Shown here in pieces: positions 9,226 to 18,778 of a stretch of DNA of 64,000 bases. Below the pieces are notes generated by a model. That model had not been told where the DNA came from and made no database searches. It worked only from the letters and a program-made list of their open reading frames with translations. The position numbers were made by a program, and so were the translations under genes. Numbering within the stretch: position 1 is the stretch's first letter; each line of letters starts with the position of its first letter. The DNA lies in contig CAYRHT010000004.1 of assembly GCA_964424195.1 (NCBI GenBank), forward strand, positions 12,769-76,768, written 5' to 3'. This stretch comes from an uncultured Gammaproteobacteria bacterium (GTDB taxonomy: Bacteria; Patescibacteriota; Patescibacteriia; UBA1558; S5-K13).

Positions 9226-9525
9226 TTATAATTTAAATCTTTTTTTAACTTTTTTGATTTTTTCTTCAATTGCTAATTCAACATCAACATCATAATTTGT
9301 GGCTAATTGAAGTAGTAATACTATACAGTCAGAAAACCCAGATTCGAGAAGTTCTCTGTCTACTTTTTCTCGACCAATTTTTTGGTTATAAATTTGAGCT
9401 GATAATTCACCAAACTCTTCTAATAAATGAGCTAGAGTAGTGTCAGCATCGTGTTGTCCAGAGTATTGCTCATCAATTTTAGCGGTTAGATTCTTAGTTA
9501 TTTTTTGTAATTCGTTAATGTGCAT
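9226..9525 (-). CDS. MazG-like nucleotide pyrophosphohydrolase (small, single domain)
   Basis: EEFGELSAQIYNQK...RELLESGFSDCIVLLLQLA resembles the MazG EExxE helix. Start set at MHINELQ to avoid overlapping xth. Confidence 0.55.
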   Translation of the reverse strand: MHINELQKITKNLTAKIDEQYSGQHDADTTLAHLLEEFGELSAQIYNQKIGREKVDRELLESGFSDCIVLLLQLATNYDVDVELAIEEKIKKVKKRFKL

Positions 9526-9530
9526 ATGAT

Positions 9531-10286
9531 TTATTTTATTTTTAAAACAATAGGGCAATGATCAGATCCCATTACTTGATCTAGGATATATGAGTCTTTA
9601 ATATTTTTAAGATACTTCTGAGAAGCACAGAAATAATCAATCCGCCAACCAACATTATTAGGACGAGCACCAGCTCGATAAGACCACCAAGTATATTGAA
9701 CCTTTTTTGGGTTTAAGTGTCTAAAAGTATCAACTGAACCAGAATCTAAATATTCTTGAAAAGAATTTCTTTCTTCATCAGTAAAACCAGCGTTACCAAT
9801 ATTAGCTTTTGGTCTAGCTAAGTCCATTTCTTGATGAGCTACATTAAAGTCACCAGTTACAATGACTGGTTTTTTCTTCTCTAACTTTTTAATATGTTTT
9901 AATAGTTTTTGATTAAACTCCATTTTGTAAGACATCCGAGATAATTCTCGATTAGCATTTGGAAAATAGACATTAATTAAGAAAAACTTCTTTAATTCTA
10001 GAATTTGAGCTCGTCCTTCATTATTTGGAAATATCTTTTGAGAGATTATTTCCTTTTTTAGGGAACTTTTGATTAACATCATAGTTCCACTATATCCTTT
10101 CCGTTCTGCTGAGTTCCAAAATTCTTCATAATTAGGAAAATCAAAGTCTTCTTTATTCCGAGCTGTATCATCAATCTTAATTTCTTGTAAACATAAAATA
10201 TCCGGTTTTTCTTTTTTTAGAAATTCCAGAAATCCTTTTTTAATGACGGCTCGAATACCGTTGATGTTCCAAGATATTATTTTCAT
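9531..10286 (-). CDS. xth: exodeoxyribonuclease III (AP endonuclease, Xth family)
   Basis: MKIISWNINGIRA...ILCLQEIK...TGDFNVAH...WSYR...GWRIDY...SDHCPI are canonical motifs. Confidence 0.9.
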   Translation of the reverse strand: MKIISWNINGIRAVIKKGFLEFLKKEKPDILCLQEIKIDDTARNKEDFDFPNYEEFWNSAERKGYSGTMMLIKSSLKKEIISQKIFPNNEGRAQILELKKFFLINVYFPNANRELSRMSYKMEFNQKLLKHIKKLEKKKPVIVTGDFNVAHQEMDLARPKANIGNAGFTDEERNSFQEYLDSGSVDTFRHLNPKKVQYTWWSYRAGARPNNVGWRIDYFCASQKYLKNIKDSYILDQVMGSDHCPIVLKIK

Positions 10287-10315
10287 AGTTGTATTATAGC
10301 ATGTAGAAGGAGGGT

Positions 10316-10367
10316 TGTGGATAACTTTGTTGACAACTTTGTTTACAACTTATATAATTAAGTTATC
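10316..10367. promoter_or_regulatory. divergent control region: consensus promoter for the lexA-like gene with candidate operators
   Basis: Perfect TTGACA (10330-10335), 17 nt, TATAAT (10353-10358). Flanked by inverted repeat GGATAACTT / AAGTTATC. Contains two tandem TTGTTnACAACTT motifs (GTTGACAAC palindrome). The 9-mer TGTGGATAA (10316-10324) overlaps the putative -35 of the xth promoter on the opposite strand. Confidence 0.5.
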
Positions 10368-10391
10368 AACATTAAGTAATCAACTAATCAT

Positions 10392-11042
10392 ATGGATATT
10401 AAAAAATATATTGTAGATCAAATCAAGAAACAAGGTCGAGTAACTTCAGCTCAAGCAATTAATTATAGTGGATTTTCGCGGACTTATGTAAATCGATTCT
10501 TTAAGTCTCTTTGTGAGGAGAAGAGAATTAGCTTAGTCGGTCGAGCTAATACAGCTCATTATGTAAAATATGATCCTAGTTTAATTCAAAAGACAAAGCA
10601 AAAAAGATCTAATGTGAATAAAGGATTAATTCAAACTATTAAAGATATTATTGATATTCCAGTTTTAGGGACCGCTGATTGTGGAGAGCCTTTGAGTATT
10701 GCTGATGATTATATTGAAGATCATATTCAGATTTCTAAGAAATTTATTAAGGGAAGTTCAGCTGATTATTTTTTTGTAAGAGCTCAGGGAGACAGTATGA
10801 ACAAGGAAGGGATCAAGGATAAATCTTATGTTTTAGTCAGAAAAGGTCAGAATGTAAACGGTAATGGTGAGAATGTTCTAGCAGTTGTAAATGGTTTGGG
10901 AACTATTAAAAAATTTCACCGTCAAAAAGATGCTATTTACCTATCTCCTAATTCTAGTAATTCAAAGCATAAGCCAATTGTTTTACATCCAGAAGAAGAG
11001 TTCTTTGTGAGCGGTCTAGTAGAACGAGTATTTAATTTCTAA
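10392..11042 (+). CDS. lexA: LexA-like repressor (S24 peptidase with N-terminal winged-helix DNA-binding domain)
   Basis: C-terminal S24 autopeptidase signature: cleavage-site-like GTADCGEP, catalytic AQGDSM and a downstream Lys. N-terminal HTH-like domain. Confidence 0.75.
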   Translation: MDIKKYIVDQIKKQGRVTSAQAINYSGFSRTYVNRFFKSLCEEKRISLVGRANTAHYVKYDPSLIQKTKQKRSNVNKGLIQTIKDIIDIPVLGTADCGEPLSIADDYIEDHIQISKKFIKGSSADYFFVRAQGDSMNKEGIKDKSYVLVRKGQNVNGNGENVLAVVNGLGTIKKFHRQKDAIYLSPNSSNSKHKPIVLHPEEEFFVSGLVERVFNF

Positions 11043-11302
11043 AAACCACTTTATTTAAATAAAAAATAAAAAAAGAAAGGAGAAAAATACAATGATTATG
11101 GGAAAAACAAAAAAGACAAACATATTTTCAAGAAAATACATTTGCCTCTTTCAACTAAGTTAATAATAACAAAAATATGAAAAAAATAAAACTATTTACA
11201 AGAAAAGATGATTCTTATGAAAGAAGAATCAAAAAATTCTTTAAAAGTAGAAATCTAGTAGTCAACTTTTAACAATCTCTCAGTTTAAATATTAGAATTC
11301 CC

Positions 11303-11330
11303 TTACTTCATTAGTAGGGGAGTTTTTAGT
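11303..11330 (+). terminator. Rho-independent terminator
   Basis: CCCTTACT-tcatt-AGTAGGGG followed by AGTTTTTAGTTT. Confidence 0.4.
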
Positions 11331-11392
11331 TTAAAAACCCTTGCTTTTATACTGATTTAGCATTAAAGTAGTAAAATTGATATACTACATAT

Positions 11393-12388
11393 ATGAATAT
11401 AGATAAATTAAAAGAAGTTTTAAAAGATCAACCAAAGTTTAGATTTAAACAGTGTCACAAAGCTGTATTTTTTGATTTTGCAGAAGACTGGAATGAGGTT
11501 TCAGTTCTTCCTTTAGAATTAAGAGAAAAGTTGAATAAAGAATGTTCTTTGGAAATAAAGTCAGAGTTTACTGAGTCTCGGAATAGAAAAACTATCAAAG
11601 CTCTATTAATCTTGGAAGATGAGAAAAAGATTGAAGCAGTATTAATGCGTCATGGTAACCGAAATACAGTTTGTGTTTCTTGTCAGGTTGGTTGTCCTCT
11701 AGCTTGTGAGTTTTGTGCTACTGGTAAGATGGGGCTTACTAGAAATTTAATTAAAGAAGAAATTATTGAACAGGTTTTACTTTTTTCTCGATATTTAAAA
11801 AAGTATGATGAACGAGTAACTAACGTGGTATTTATGGGAATGGGCGAGCCTTTCTTAAATTATGATAATGTTATTGAATCTATTAAGATTTTAAATGATC
11901 ATCAAGCTTTTAATATTGGAGTGAGACATATCTCTATTTCCACTGCTGGTTTAATTGAGGGAATCAAGAGATTAAGCAAAGAGAATTTACAAGTTAATTT
12001 AGCTATTTCTTTACATGCTCCGAACGATCAACTTCGTTCAGAGTTAATGCCAGTTAATAATCAACATTCTCTCAGTGTTCTATTTAAAGCAGTCAGTGAT
12101 TATGTTGAAAAAACAAATCGAAGAGTAATGTTTGAATACCTTTTAATTAAAGATGTTAATGATTTTGAAAAACATGCTTTAGAATTAGCTCAATTAATGA
12201 AAAGTAATAAGCTATACATGGTTAATCTAATTCCATATAATCCAACAGGTAAATTTAAGTCTTCTGATACGAGAACTATCGAGAATTTTATGAGAATCTT
12301 AGACAGAGAAGGAATAAATTTTACTCAAAGGTATAAGTTTGGGAAGGATATTAAAGGAGCTTGTGGACAATTAGCGGGTAAAAAGTAA
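11393..12388 (+). CDS. rlmN: 23S rRNA (adenine2503-C2)-methyltransferase, radical SAM, RlmN/Cfr family
   Basis: CVSCQVGCPLACEFCATG cysteine motif, MGMGEPFLNY, and the C-terminal GQLAGK motif. Confidence 0.9.
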   Translation: MNIDKLKEVLKDQPKFRFKQCHKAVFFDFAEDWNEVSVLPLELREKLNKECSLEIKSEFTESRNRKTIKALLILEDEKKIEAVLMRHGNRNTVCVSCQVGCPLACEFCATGKMGLTRNLIKEEIIEQVLLFSRYLKKYDERVTNVVFMGMGEPFLNYDNVIESIKILNDHQAFNIGVRHISISTAGLIEGIKRLSKENLQVNLAISLHAPNDQLRSELMPVNNQHSLSVLFKAVSDYVEKTNRRVMFEYLLIKDVNDFEKHALELAQLMKSNKLYMVNLIPYNPTGKFKSSDTRTIENFMRILDREGINFTQRYKFGKDIKGACGQLAGKK

Positions 12389-12428
12389 AAAATTATCTAG
12401 ATTTATTTTCTTATGTTATAATTAAATT

Positions 12429-12452
12429 CCACTCTTGAGGAGTGGTTTTATT
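12429..12452 (+). terminator. Rho-independent terminator after rlmN
   Basis: CCACTC-ttgag-GAGTGG followed by TTTTATT. Confidence 0.4.
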
Positions 12453-12471
12453 AATAAGAAGATATAATTTT

Positions 12472-12825
12472 ATGAAGGATATTCAAAGTGTTTATAACAC
12501 TATGGAAGAAAGAAAAAAGGAATTAAAGGATCTTAGAGATATGTATAAGGACGCTAGAGAGAATTCTCTTCCTTATCAAAATATACTAGAGAGATTGCAA
12601 GAGATAAAAAATCAAAAAGCACTTTTAGAAAAATCTATCAAAGATGGAATGGGTAAGGATTATGAAAAAATGGAAGAACTTAAATCAGAACTACAATCTG
12701 ATAAAGAAATGATGACTGATATTGCTCTAACTAAATTCATGAAAGGGGAGATATTAGAACTTAAGGATAAATATGATAATCAGTATGAGCCAGTTTTTTC
12801 AGTAAAATTTAAAAAAGTTAAATAG
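12472..12825 (+). CDS. hypothetical coiled-coil protein
   Basis: The track ORF starts at a GTG inside the terminator hairpin, so the first ATG (MKDIQSV) is preferred. K/E-rich helical sequence. Confidence 0.45.
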   Translation: MKDIQSVYNTMEERKKELKDLRDMYKDARENSLPYQNILERLQEIKNQKALLEKSIKDGMGKDYEKMEELKSELQSDKEMMTDIALTKFMKGEILELKDKYDNQYEPVFSVKFKKVK

Positions 12826-12904
12826 AGATTATTTATAATCCAGTTGATAATTAACTTATAGTAGAATACTATATAAGTAAGGGTTAAACTTTAATTAAAG
12901 CTTT

Positions 12905-14101
12905 ATGAAAAATATTTATTCATTTATTTTAGGGCATTCACCAGAATTATCTTTAGGAGAGATAAAAAGTGTTTTGAATTATCAAAATATTAGTTTTAGT
13001 ATTGTTCATTCTGATTCTAAGTTTTTACTTTTGGAGACAGAAGAAGAATTAGATGTTGAGAATTTAAATAATACTCTAGGAGGAATTATTAAGATTGGTA
13101 AATTAGAATTTTTTATAGATAAATTAGATAATTCAGAAAATTTGATAAGTTCCTTTGTAGAAATAATTAAAAGAAATTGTAGTTTAGATAAAAAAGTTAA
13201 GTTTGGATTTAGTTTGTATGGAAAAAATAGGAATACTGAAAATTTTATTTATAAACTTTCCATTGGTATCAAGAAGTATTTTAAATCAGAAGAAATAAGC
13301 AGTCGAATTGTTACTTCTAAGAATATTGAGCTGTCAGCAGTGATTGTTAGTAAAGAACATTTAATAGATCTAGGTTTTGATATGCAAGTTTTAAATATGG
13401 CTGGTAGATTTTATTTCCTACGAACTTTAGCTGTCCAAGATTTTGCTAGATTCAATGCTTTAGATTATGATCGACCACGAGTTGATTCTAAATCAGGAAT
13501 GATGCCTCCTAAATTAGCCAAGATTATGTTGAATCTAGTTAATAAGAAAGAAATTGTTTTAGATCCCTTTTGTGGTTCAGGAACAATACTTTTAATGGCT
13601 GCTGAACTAGGATTTAAAAAAGTAATTGGTTCTGATATTTCTGAAAAAGCAATTTTAGATTCTCAAGAAAATATTAAATGGTATCAAGAAAGATTTAATA
13701 ACAAAATAGATAGTTATATTTTTAAAGCTGATGTTATAAATCTCATGCAAGAGGGGATTGAAAAGAACTCTATAGATTCTATTGTTAGTGAAGGTTATTT
13801 AGGACAACCATTGAGAGGAAATGAGAGTTTTATTTTTATTCAAAAACAGATTAGCGAACTAAAAGAGTTATATTTAAATTCTTTTAAAGTATTTAAAGAT
13901 ATTTTAAAAACTAGTGGATGTGTTATTATAACTTTACCAATTTTTGTGGTTGATAATGAAGAAAAGCATTTAGGAATTATTAGGGAGATAGAAAATTTAG
14001 GATTTAAAGAAGAATTTTTATTAGAAGATGGCAAAAGCTTGATTTATAAGAGAGAAGGACAAAGAGTGTATAGAAATGTAATTAAATTTATAAAAATATA
14101 A
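12905..14101 (+). CDS. putative SAM-dependent RNA methyltransferase (THUMP/Trm11/RlmL-like class I MTase)
   Basis: DPFCGSGTILLMAAELG is motif I of N2-guanine/N6-adenine-type RNA methyltransferases. Long N-terminal domain upstream. Confidence 0.5.
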   Translation: MKNIYSFILGHSPELSLGEIKSVLNYQNISFSIVHSDSKFLLLETEEELDVENLNNTLGGIIKIGKLEFFIDKLDNSENLISSFVEIIKRNCSLDKKVKFGFSLYGKNRNTENFIYKLSIGIKKYFKSEEISSRIVTSKNIELSAVIVSKEHLIDLGFDMQVLNMAGRFYFLRTLAVQDFARFNALDYDRPRVDSKSGMMPPKLAKIMLNLVNKKEIVLDPFCGSGTILLMAAELGFKKVIGSDISEKAILDSQENIKWYQERFNNKIDSYIFKADVINLMQEGIEKNSIDSIVSEGYLGQPLRGNESFIFIQKQISELKELYLNSFKVFKDILKTSGCVIITLPIFVVDNEEKHLGIIREIENLGFKEEFLLEDGKSLIYKREGQRVYRNVIKFIKI

Positions 14102-14107
14102 AATACT

Positions 14108-15463
14108 ATGGAACTACCAAAACAAATTTTTAAATCTTACGATATTCGAGGAATTTATCCTGAAGAATTAGATGAAAAAGTAGCTCAAGAAATAGCTTTA
14201 CTATTCCTTTCTTTTATTAGTCAGAAGATTAATAAAAAACCAAATGAAATGAAGATTGTTATCGCTCGGGATATTAGGAATTCTTCAGAATCCTTAGCTA
14301 ATGTTTTTAAGGAAACCTTAATTAGTAAAGGAGTTCAAGTTGATGATTTAGGACTAATGTCAGTTGATGTGATTTATTTTGCTACTGGCAAGTTCAATTA
14401 TGATGGTGGCGTAATGGTAACGGCTTCTCATAATCCTGGAGCATATGGTGGATTTAAGATGGTTTCTAAAGGTGTAGAATGGATTAGAGGTATAGATCTT
14501 TGGGGTCATCGTCAGGATAAAATAGATTTTCCAGAAATGGACTCGGGAAGATTAAAAAATATTGATATTTGGGATGAGTACTTAGAAATGATTTTTTCTT
14601 TTATTGATATAGAGAAGATTAAACCAATGAAAGTAGTAGTTGATGCTGGTAATGGAATGGCTGGGACAATGATTCCGAAAATTGTTGAAAGATTACCACA
14701 ATTAGAATTAGTTCCATTGTTTTTTGAACCAGATGGTACTTTCCCAAACCGAAATCCTAATCCTTTAGGGGAAGGAGCTTATCAGAAGTTATCTGATAAA
14801 ATTAAAGAAGTTAAGGCAGACATTGGTTTTATTTATGATGCTGATGCAGATCGAGTTTTTATTGTAGATGAAAATGGAAAATTTTTATTAGGAGATCAGA
14901 CTCTGATGATTTTATCTAAACAGATATTAGAAAGAGTTCCTAATGCCGGGATTGTTTACAATTTGATTTGTTCTAAAAATATTCCAGAGTTTATTGAAAA
15001 AAATGGTGGAAGAGCAATTCGTTCAGAAGTTGGTTATGTAAATATTGGTAAACACATGGAAGAAGAAAAAGGAGTTATGGGTGGAGAAGTTTCAGCACAT
15101 TTTTCTTTTCAAAAAAACTACTATTCTGATTCAGGATTTATTGCTTTTGTAATGGCTTTACAAGCTGTTAGTGAAGAAGGTTTTAAAATTTCAGATTTTA
15201 TTAATGCTAATACTAATTGGTATCGAGCTAATGAGGTCAATTTAACTATTGAGGACAAAGAAGCGGCTCTAAATAAAATAAGAGAATATTTTTCAGAGAA
15301 TATTTTAGATGAGATAGATGGTATTACAATTGAATTTGAAGATTGGTGGTTCAATGTTCGACCATCAAATACTGAACCTTTGTTAAGAGTTACTATTGAA
15401 TGTCGAAATGAAGAGGACATTGAAGAAAAAACAGAAGAAGTTTTAAAGATTATAAAAGATTAA
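14108..15463 (+). CDS. phosphomannomutase/phosphoglucomutase (alpha-D-phosphohexomutase family)
   Basis: TASHNPGAYGGFK active-site serine loop, IYDADADR metal-binding loop, GGEVSAH. Confidence 0.85.
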   Translation: MELPKQIFKSYDIRGIYPEELDEKVAQEIALLFLSFISQKINKKPNEMKIVIARDIRNSSESLANVFKETLISKGVQVDDLGLMSVDVIYFATGKFNYDGGVMVTASHNPGAYGGFKMVSKGVEWIRGIDLWGHRQDKIDFPEMDSGRLKNIDIWDEYLEMIFSFIDIEKIKPMKVVVDAGNGMAGTMIPKIVERLPQLELVPLFFEPDGTFPNRNPNPLGEGAYQKLSDKIKEVKADIGFIYDADADRVFIVDENGKFLLGDQTLMILSKQILERVPNAGIVYNLICSKNIPEFIEKNGGRAIRSEVGYVNIGKHMEEEKGVMGGEVSAHFSFQKNYYSDSGFIAFVMALQAVSEEGFKISDFINANTNWYRANEVNLTIEDKEAALNKIREYFSENILDEIDGITIEFEDWWFNVRPSNTEPLLRVTIECRNEEDIEEKTEEVLKIIKD

Positions 15464-15467
15464 TTAT

Positions 15468-16277
15468 ATGATTGGAATATTTGATTCAGGTTTAGGAGGT
15501 TTAATAGCTTTTAAAGAAATAGAAAAAGCTTTGCCGGATTATTCTTACACTTATTTGGGAGATACTCTAAGATCTCCCTATGGAGGTAGAAGCCAGGAAG
15601 CTGTTTATGAATTTACTGAAAAAGCTGTAGATTTTTTATTCCAAAAAGGTTGTCAGTTAGTTATTGTAGCTTGTAATACTGCTTCTTCAGAAGCTCTGAG
15701 AAAATTACAGCAGGAATATTTACCAAAGTTAAAAGATAAGTCTAAAAATATATTAGGTGTGATTCGTCCTTTAGCTGAAGAAGCCGTAGAAGTATCAAAG
15801 ACCAAGAGAGTCGGAGTAGTAGGAACTAAAGCTACTATTTCTTCTAATGTTTATGAAAAAGAATTACAGAAGTTAGATAAAGAAATTAAAGTTTTTCAAA
15901 AGACTTGCCCATTATTAGTTCCTTTGATAGAAGAAAACTATGTTCATCGGCTAGAGACTAAGAAAATCCTTAAAAATTATTTAAGAAGTTTAAAAAATGA
16001 CAATATTGATACTTTAATTTTAGGCTGTACTCATTATCCAATTTTATTAAAAGAATTTAGAAGAATCATGGGAAAGAAAGTTCAAGTTATTGATTCTTCG
16101 GAAGTAATTGCTAAGAAATTAAAGGATTATTTAGGGCGTCATCCAGAATTTGAAAAAGTATTAGAGAAGAAGAAAAAAAGAAAATATTTGGTTACAGATT
16201 TAAATCAAAATTTCTTAGAAATGTCAGAGAGAATTCTAAATCAGGAAGTAAAGTTTGAAAAAGTAATTATTGATTAG
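15468..16277 (+). CDS. murI: glutamate racemase
   Basis: IGIFDSGLGGL, VIVACNTASS, LILGCTHYP are canonical MurI motifs. Confidence 0.9.
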   Translation: MIGIFDSGLGGLIAFKEIEKALPDYSYTYLGDTLRSPYGGRSQEAVYEFTEKAVDFLFQKGCQLVIVACNTASSEALRKLQQEYLPKLKDKSKNILGVIRPLAEEAVEVSKTKRVGVVGTKATISSNVYEKELQKLDKEIKVFQKTCPLLVPLIEENYVHRLETKKILKNYLRSLKNDNIDTLILGCTHYPILLKEFRRIMGKKVQVIDSSEVIAKKLKDYLGRHPEFEKVLEKKKKRKYLVTDLNQNFLEMSERILNQEVKFEKVIID

Positions 16278-16312
16278 AATTTAAATTGTTTTTAAATACT
16301 TTTATTTTTGAA

Positions 16313-16585
16313 TTATAACTTAGGCAAAGCTCTGGTTCGAGGATTAGTGTTTATTTTTTTAGGTATGTTAAATTTTTCAATATTCTTTTTATTAATAGCT
16401 TCTTTCTCTATTTCAGTTATTAATCTGATTTGTTTTTCCTTAGAATTATTAAGAGATTCATTATTATTATTTCTTTTTTTTATGATATATAAAATACTAG
16501 CAAAAATAATTTCTATTCCTAAAATAATAATAATTACTAATAATGTAATTTTAATACCTTTTCTATTTGAATTGTCTGAGTTCAT
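16313..16585 (-). CDS. hypothetical small membrane protein (one of two fully overlapping antisense ORFs)
   Basis: ATG start, one TM helix then a charged tail. More protein-like than the TTG-initiated plus-strand ORF 16308-16661. Weak call. Confidence 0.25.
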   Translation of the reverse strand: MNSDNSNRKGIKITLLVIIIILGIEIIFASILYIIKKRNNNNESLNNSKEKQIRLITEIEKEAINKKNIEKFNIPKKINTNPRTRALPKL

Positions 16586-16629
16586 AGAATTTAATATTTA
16601 TGATTATATTATAACACTCAGTATTTATT

Positions 16630-16658
16630 TTTACAATTTGTCAAATATCTACTATAAT
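16630..16658 (+). promoter_or_regulatory. promoter for the secreted-protein cluster
   Basis: TTTACA, 17 nt, TATAAT (16653-16658). The -10 lies in the centre of the inverted repeat CTACTA-taattaa-TAGTAG. Confidence 0.4.
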
Positions 16659-16725
16659 TAATAGTAGACAGGTAATTAATTTACCCAATATTTTTAGATA
16701 TTATTAATTTTTTAATATAAATTTT

Positions 16726-18765
16726 ATGAAAAATAAGAAAAGAAACTTAGTAATTTATAAAATAGTATTTATTTTATTTTTACTAATGAATGTAGTAGGT
16801 GTTTCTGCTGCTGACTGGCAGGAACCAACTTGTGATCCTCCAGAATGTAATGTTTCTTCTCCTTTAAATCAAGGAAAGACTGCTCAATTTAAAAAGGGTG
16901 CTTTACATTTAGGTAATACGGAAGCTATGGATGGATATTTATTTTCAGTAAAGAGTGGAAAATCATATTTCGAAGATACTTTAGATATTAAGAATGGAAT
17001 GAATATTGAAGGAGTAACGGTTATTAATGATGATTTAATGATTGATGAGGGTATGTTAAACATTAATAATACTGAAGATTCTAGTGTTCTCTATGTTCAA
17101 GCATCACAGGCAAATGCAGTTGCTATTCAAGGCTCTTCTTTGACCGGTGTTGGTATTAAAGGTGTTACGGCAGAAGGAATTGGTGTTGATGGTAATGCAG
17201 GGGGTACTGGTATTGGTGTTTATGGTTGGAGTTTAAGTGCTGCTGCTGTCGGAGTTGTTGGATTCAATAATGCTAAGGATGGTTTAGCAGGAAGATTCGA
17301 TAATATAGTTAGATTTAATTCTTATACTGATCCTGTTGTTGGTCCTGATTATACAGAAATTACTGATTATACAGAAATTAATGGAGGGACTGCTGTTTTT
17401 AGCAATGTAGTTGGTGAAAAAGTTACTATTTCACCACCAGATATTATATTAGAAAGAGGAATTATTAATCTGAATGACGGAAAAATAATCAATCTTGCTA
17501 CTCCTACAGAGAATGGAGATGCAACAAATAAAGAATATGTTGATAATGCTGTTCTAAACAACAACGATGATGATTGGGAAATAGCTGGTAATAATATTTA
17601 CAAAGAAAGCGGTAATGTAGGAATTGGATTATCAGATCCAAGTTCTGCTTTAGAAGTCAATGGATTAGTTACTCTTCCTTGTCAGAATAGTGTTAGTAAT
17701 CCTCCGGTAACTGGATTAAAAATAGGTGATAATTCATATATTTATGATAGTTCTTGTAGTCTTGTAGAGGAAGAGGAAGAACAGGAGAACGATGATAACG
17801 ATACTTTCCAAACTTTGCATATAGATTCTGAAGAAGTTATTGATATTAGTTCTTTAAGAGGTATTAAATTACAAGTTAAAGATAAATACGGGATTAATAT
17901 TGACACTGAAGGAGCAGTAACACTTGGTGGCTGGCTTCAATCTGTTCCTAAAAACTCTTATATCCAAAATTCATGGAATATAAGTGGATTTTATACTGGA
18001 GCAGCAGCGGTTGGTAAAGAAGTTTTAGAGAATCAAGAAATGGAAATGGCTTTATTTGGTCGAACTGGAAATACTATTAGTACGGAATCTGATGGGGCAA
18101 CTTATGGTGGTGTCGGGATAAGAGCTCGAGGAACAACAGGCCTTTATAGTTATATAGGTGTTCATGGTTATGCTAAGGGAAATGTGAGTTCAGAATATAG
18201 TTATGGTGTTTTAGGAGAGTCAGAGAAAGGAACTGCTTTACGAGGAAATCTAACTGGACCAACGGGAAATATTTTAGTTTTAGATTCACCATATTTTGCT
18301 TCTGGAAATGCTTTCGTAGTTGATGCTCAGGGTAATACAACTATGCAAGGTGATCTATTAACAGTAGCAGATGCTTTCCAAGTTGGAGGTAATTTTGATG
18401 TCGCTGAAGATATAACTGTAGGAGGAGATTTCAGTGTAATTGGAGATTCAATTTTAGGGGATGAAAATGCGGAAGTATATATGCCTGGTGGTGGAACTCT
18501 AGATAATGGATTGTTAATCCGAAGTGGTGGTTTACAAATTAATGGAGGTAATTTAGATATTACTAATAATGATCTTAATGTTTCTAGTGGCAATCTATTA
18601 TTAGACGGAGATGCTGAAATAATTGGTAAATTAGAAGCATCAACTATTGAGCCTTATTATCCAGAAGGCGTTGTTCCAGAAGGAGGAATAGCATCAATAG
18701 AATTTGATGCTAATGGAAATGTAGTAATAACTCTACCATCTAGTTCAGTAGTTAGTCCTAAATAA
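16726..18765 (+). CDS. secreted Gly-rich, tail-fibre-like surface protein
   Basis: Signal peptide ending VSAADW. Gly-rich repeats (GVGIKGVTAEGIGVDGNAGGTGIGVYG). Segment LATPTENGDATNKEYVDNAV resembles a motif recurrent in phage tail-fibre/adhesin proteins. Acidic linker EEEEEQENDDND. Confidence 0.55.
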   Translation: MKNKKRNLVIYKIVFILFLLMNVVGVSAADWQEPTCDPPECNVSSPLNQGKTAQFKKGALHLGNTEAMDGYLFSVKSGKSYFEDTLDIKNGMNIEGVTVINDDLMIDEGMLNINNTEDSSVLYVQASQANAVAIQGSSLTGVGIKGVTAEGIGVDGNAGGTGIGVYGWSLSAAAVGVVGFNNAKDGLAGRFDNIVRFNSYTDPVVGPDYTEITDYTEINGGTAVFSNVVGEKVTISPPDIILERGIINLNDGKIINLATPTENGDATNKEYVDNAVLNNNDDDWEIAGNNIYKESGNVGIGLSDPSSALEVNGLVTLPCQNSVSNPPVTGLKIGDNSYIYDSSCSLVEEEEEQENDDNDTFQTLHIDSEEVIDISSLRGIKLQVKDKYGINIDTEGAVTLGGWLQSVPKNSYIQNSWNISGFYTGAAAVGKEVLENQEMEMALFGRTGNTISTESDGATYGGVGIRARGTTGLYSYIGVHGYAKGNVSSEYSYGVLGESEKGTALRGNLTGPTGNILVLDSPYFASGNAFVVDAQGNTTMQGDLLTVADAFQVGGNFDVAEDITVGGDFSVIGDSILGDENAEVYMPGGGTLDNGLLIRSGGLQINGGNLDITNNDLNVSSGNLLLDGDAEIIGKLEASTIEPYYPEGVVPEGGIASIEFDANGNVVITLPSSSVVSPK

Positions 18766-18778
18766 ATATAGGTAAAAT

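Noticed and set aside
12442-12471. GTG starts proposed by the ORF track for 12442-12825 and 24946-25968
   Set aside because: The GTG codons lie inside a terminator hairpin or right after an RBS-like sequence with no spacer. Downstream ATGs with better context were preferred. The GTG start of 46664, by contrast, has a perfect AGGAGG and was kept.
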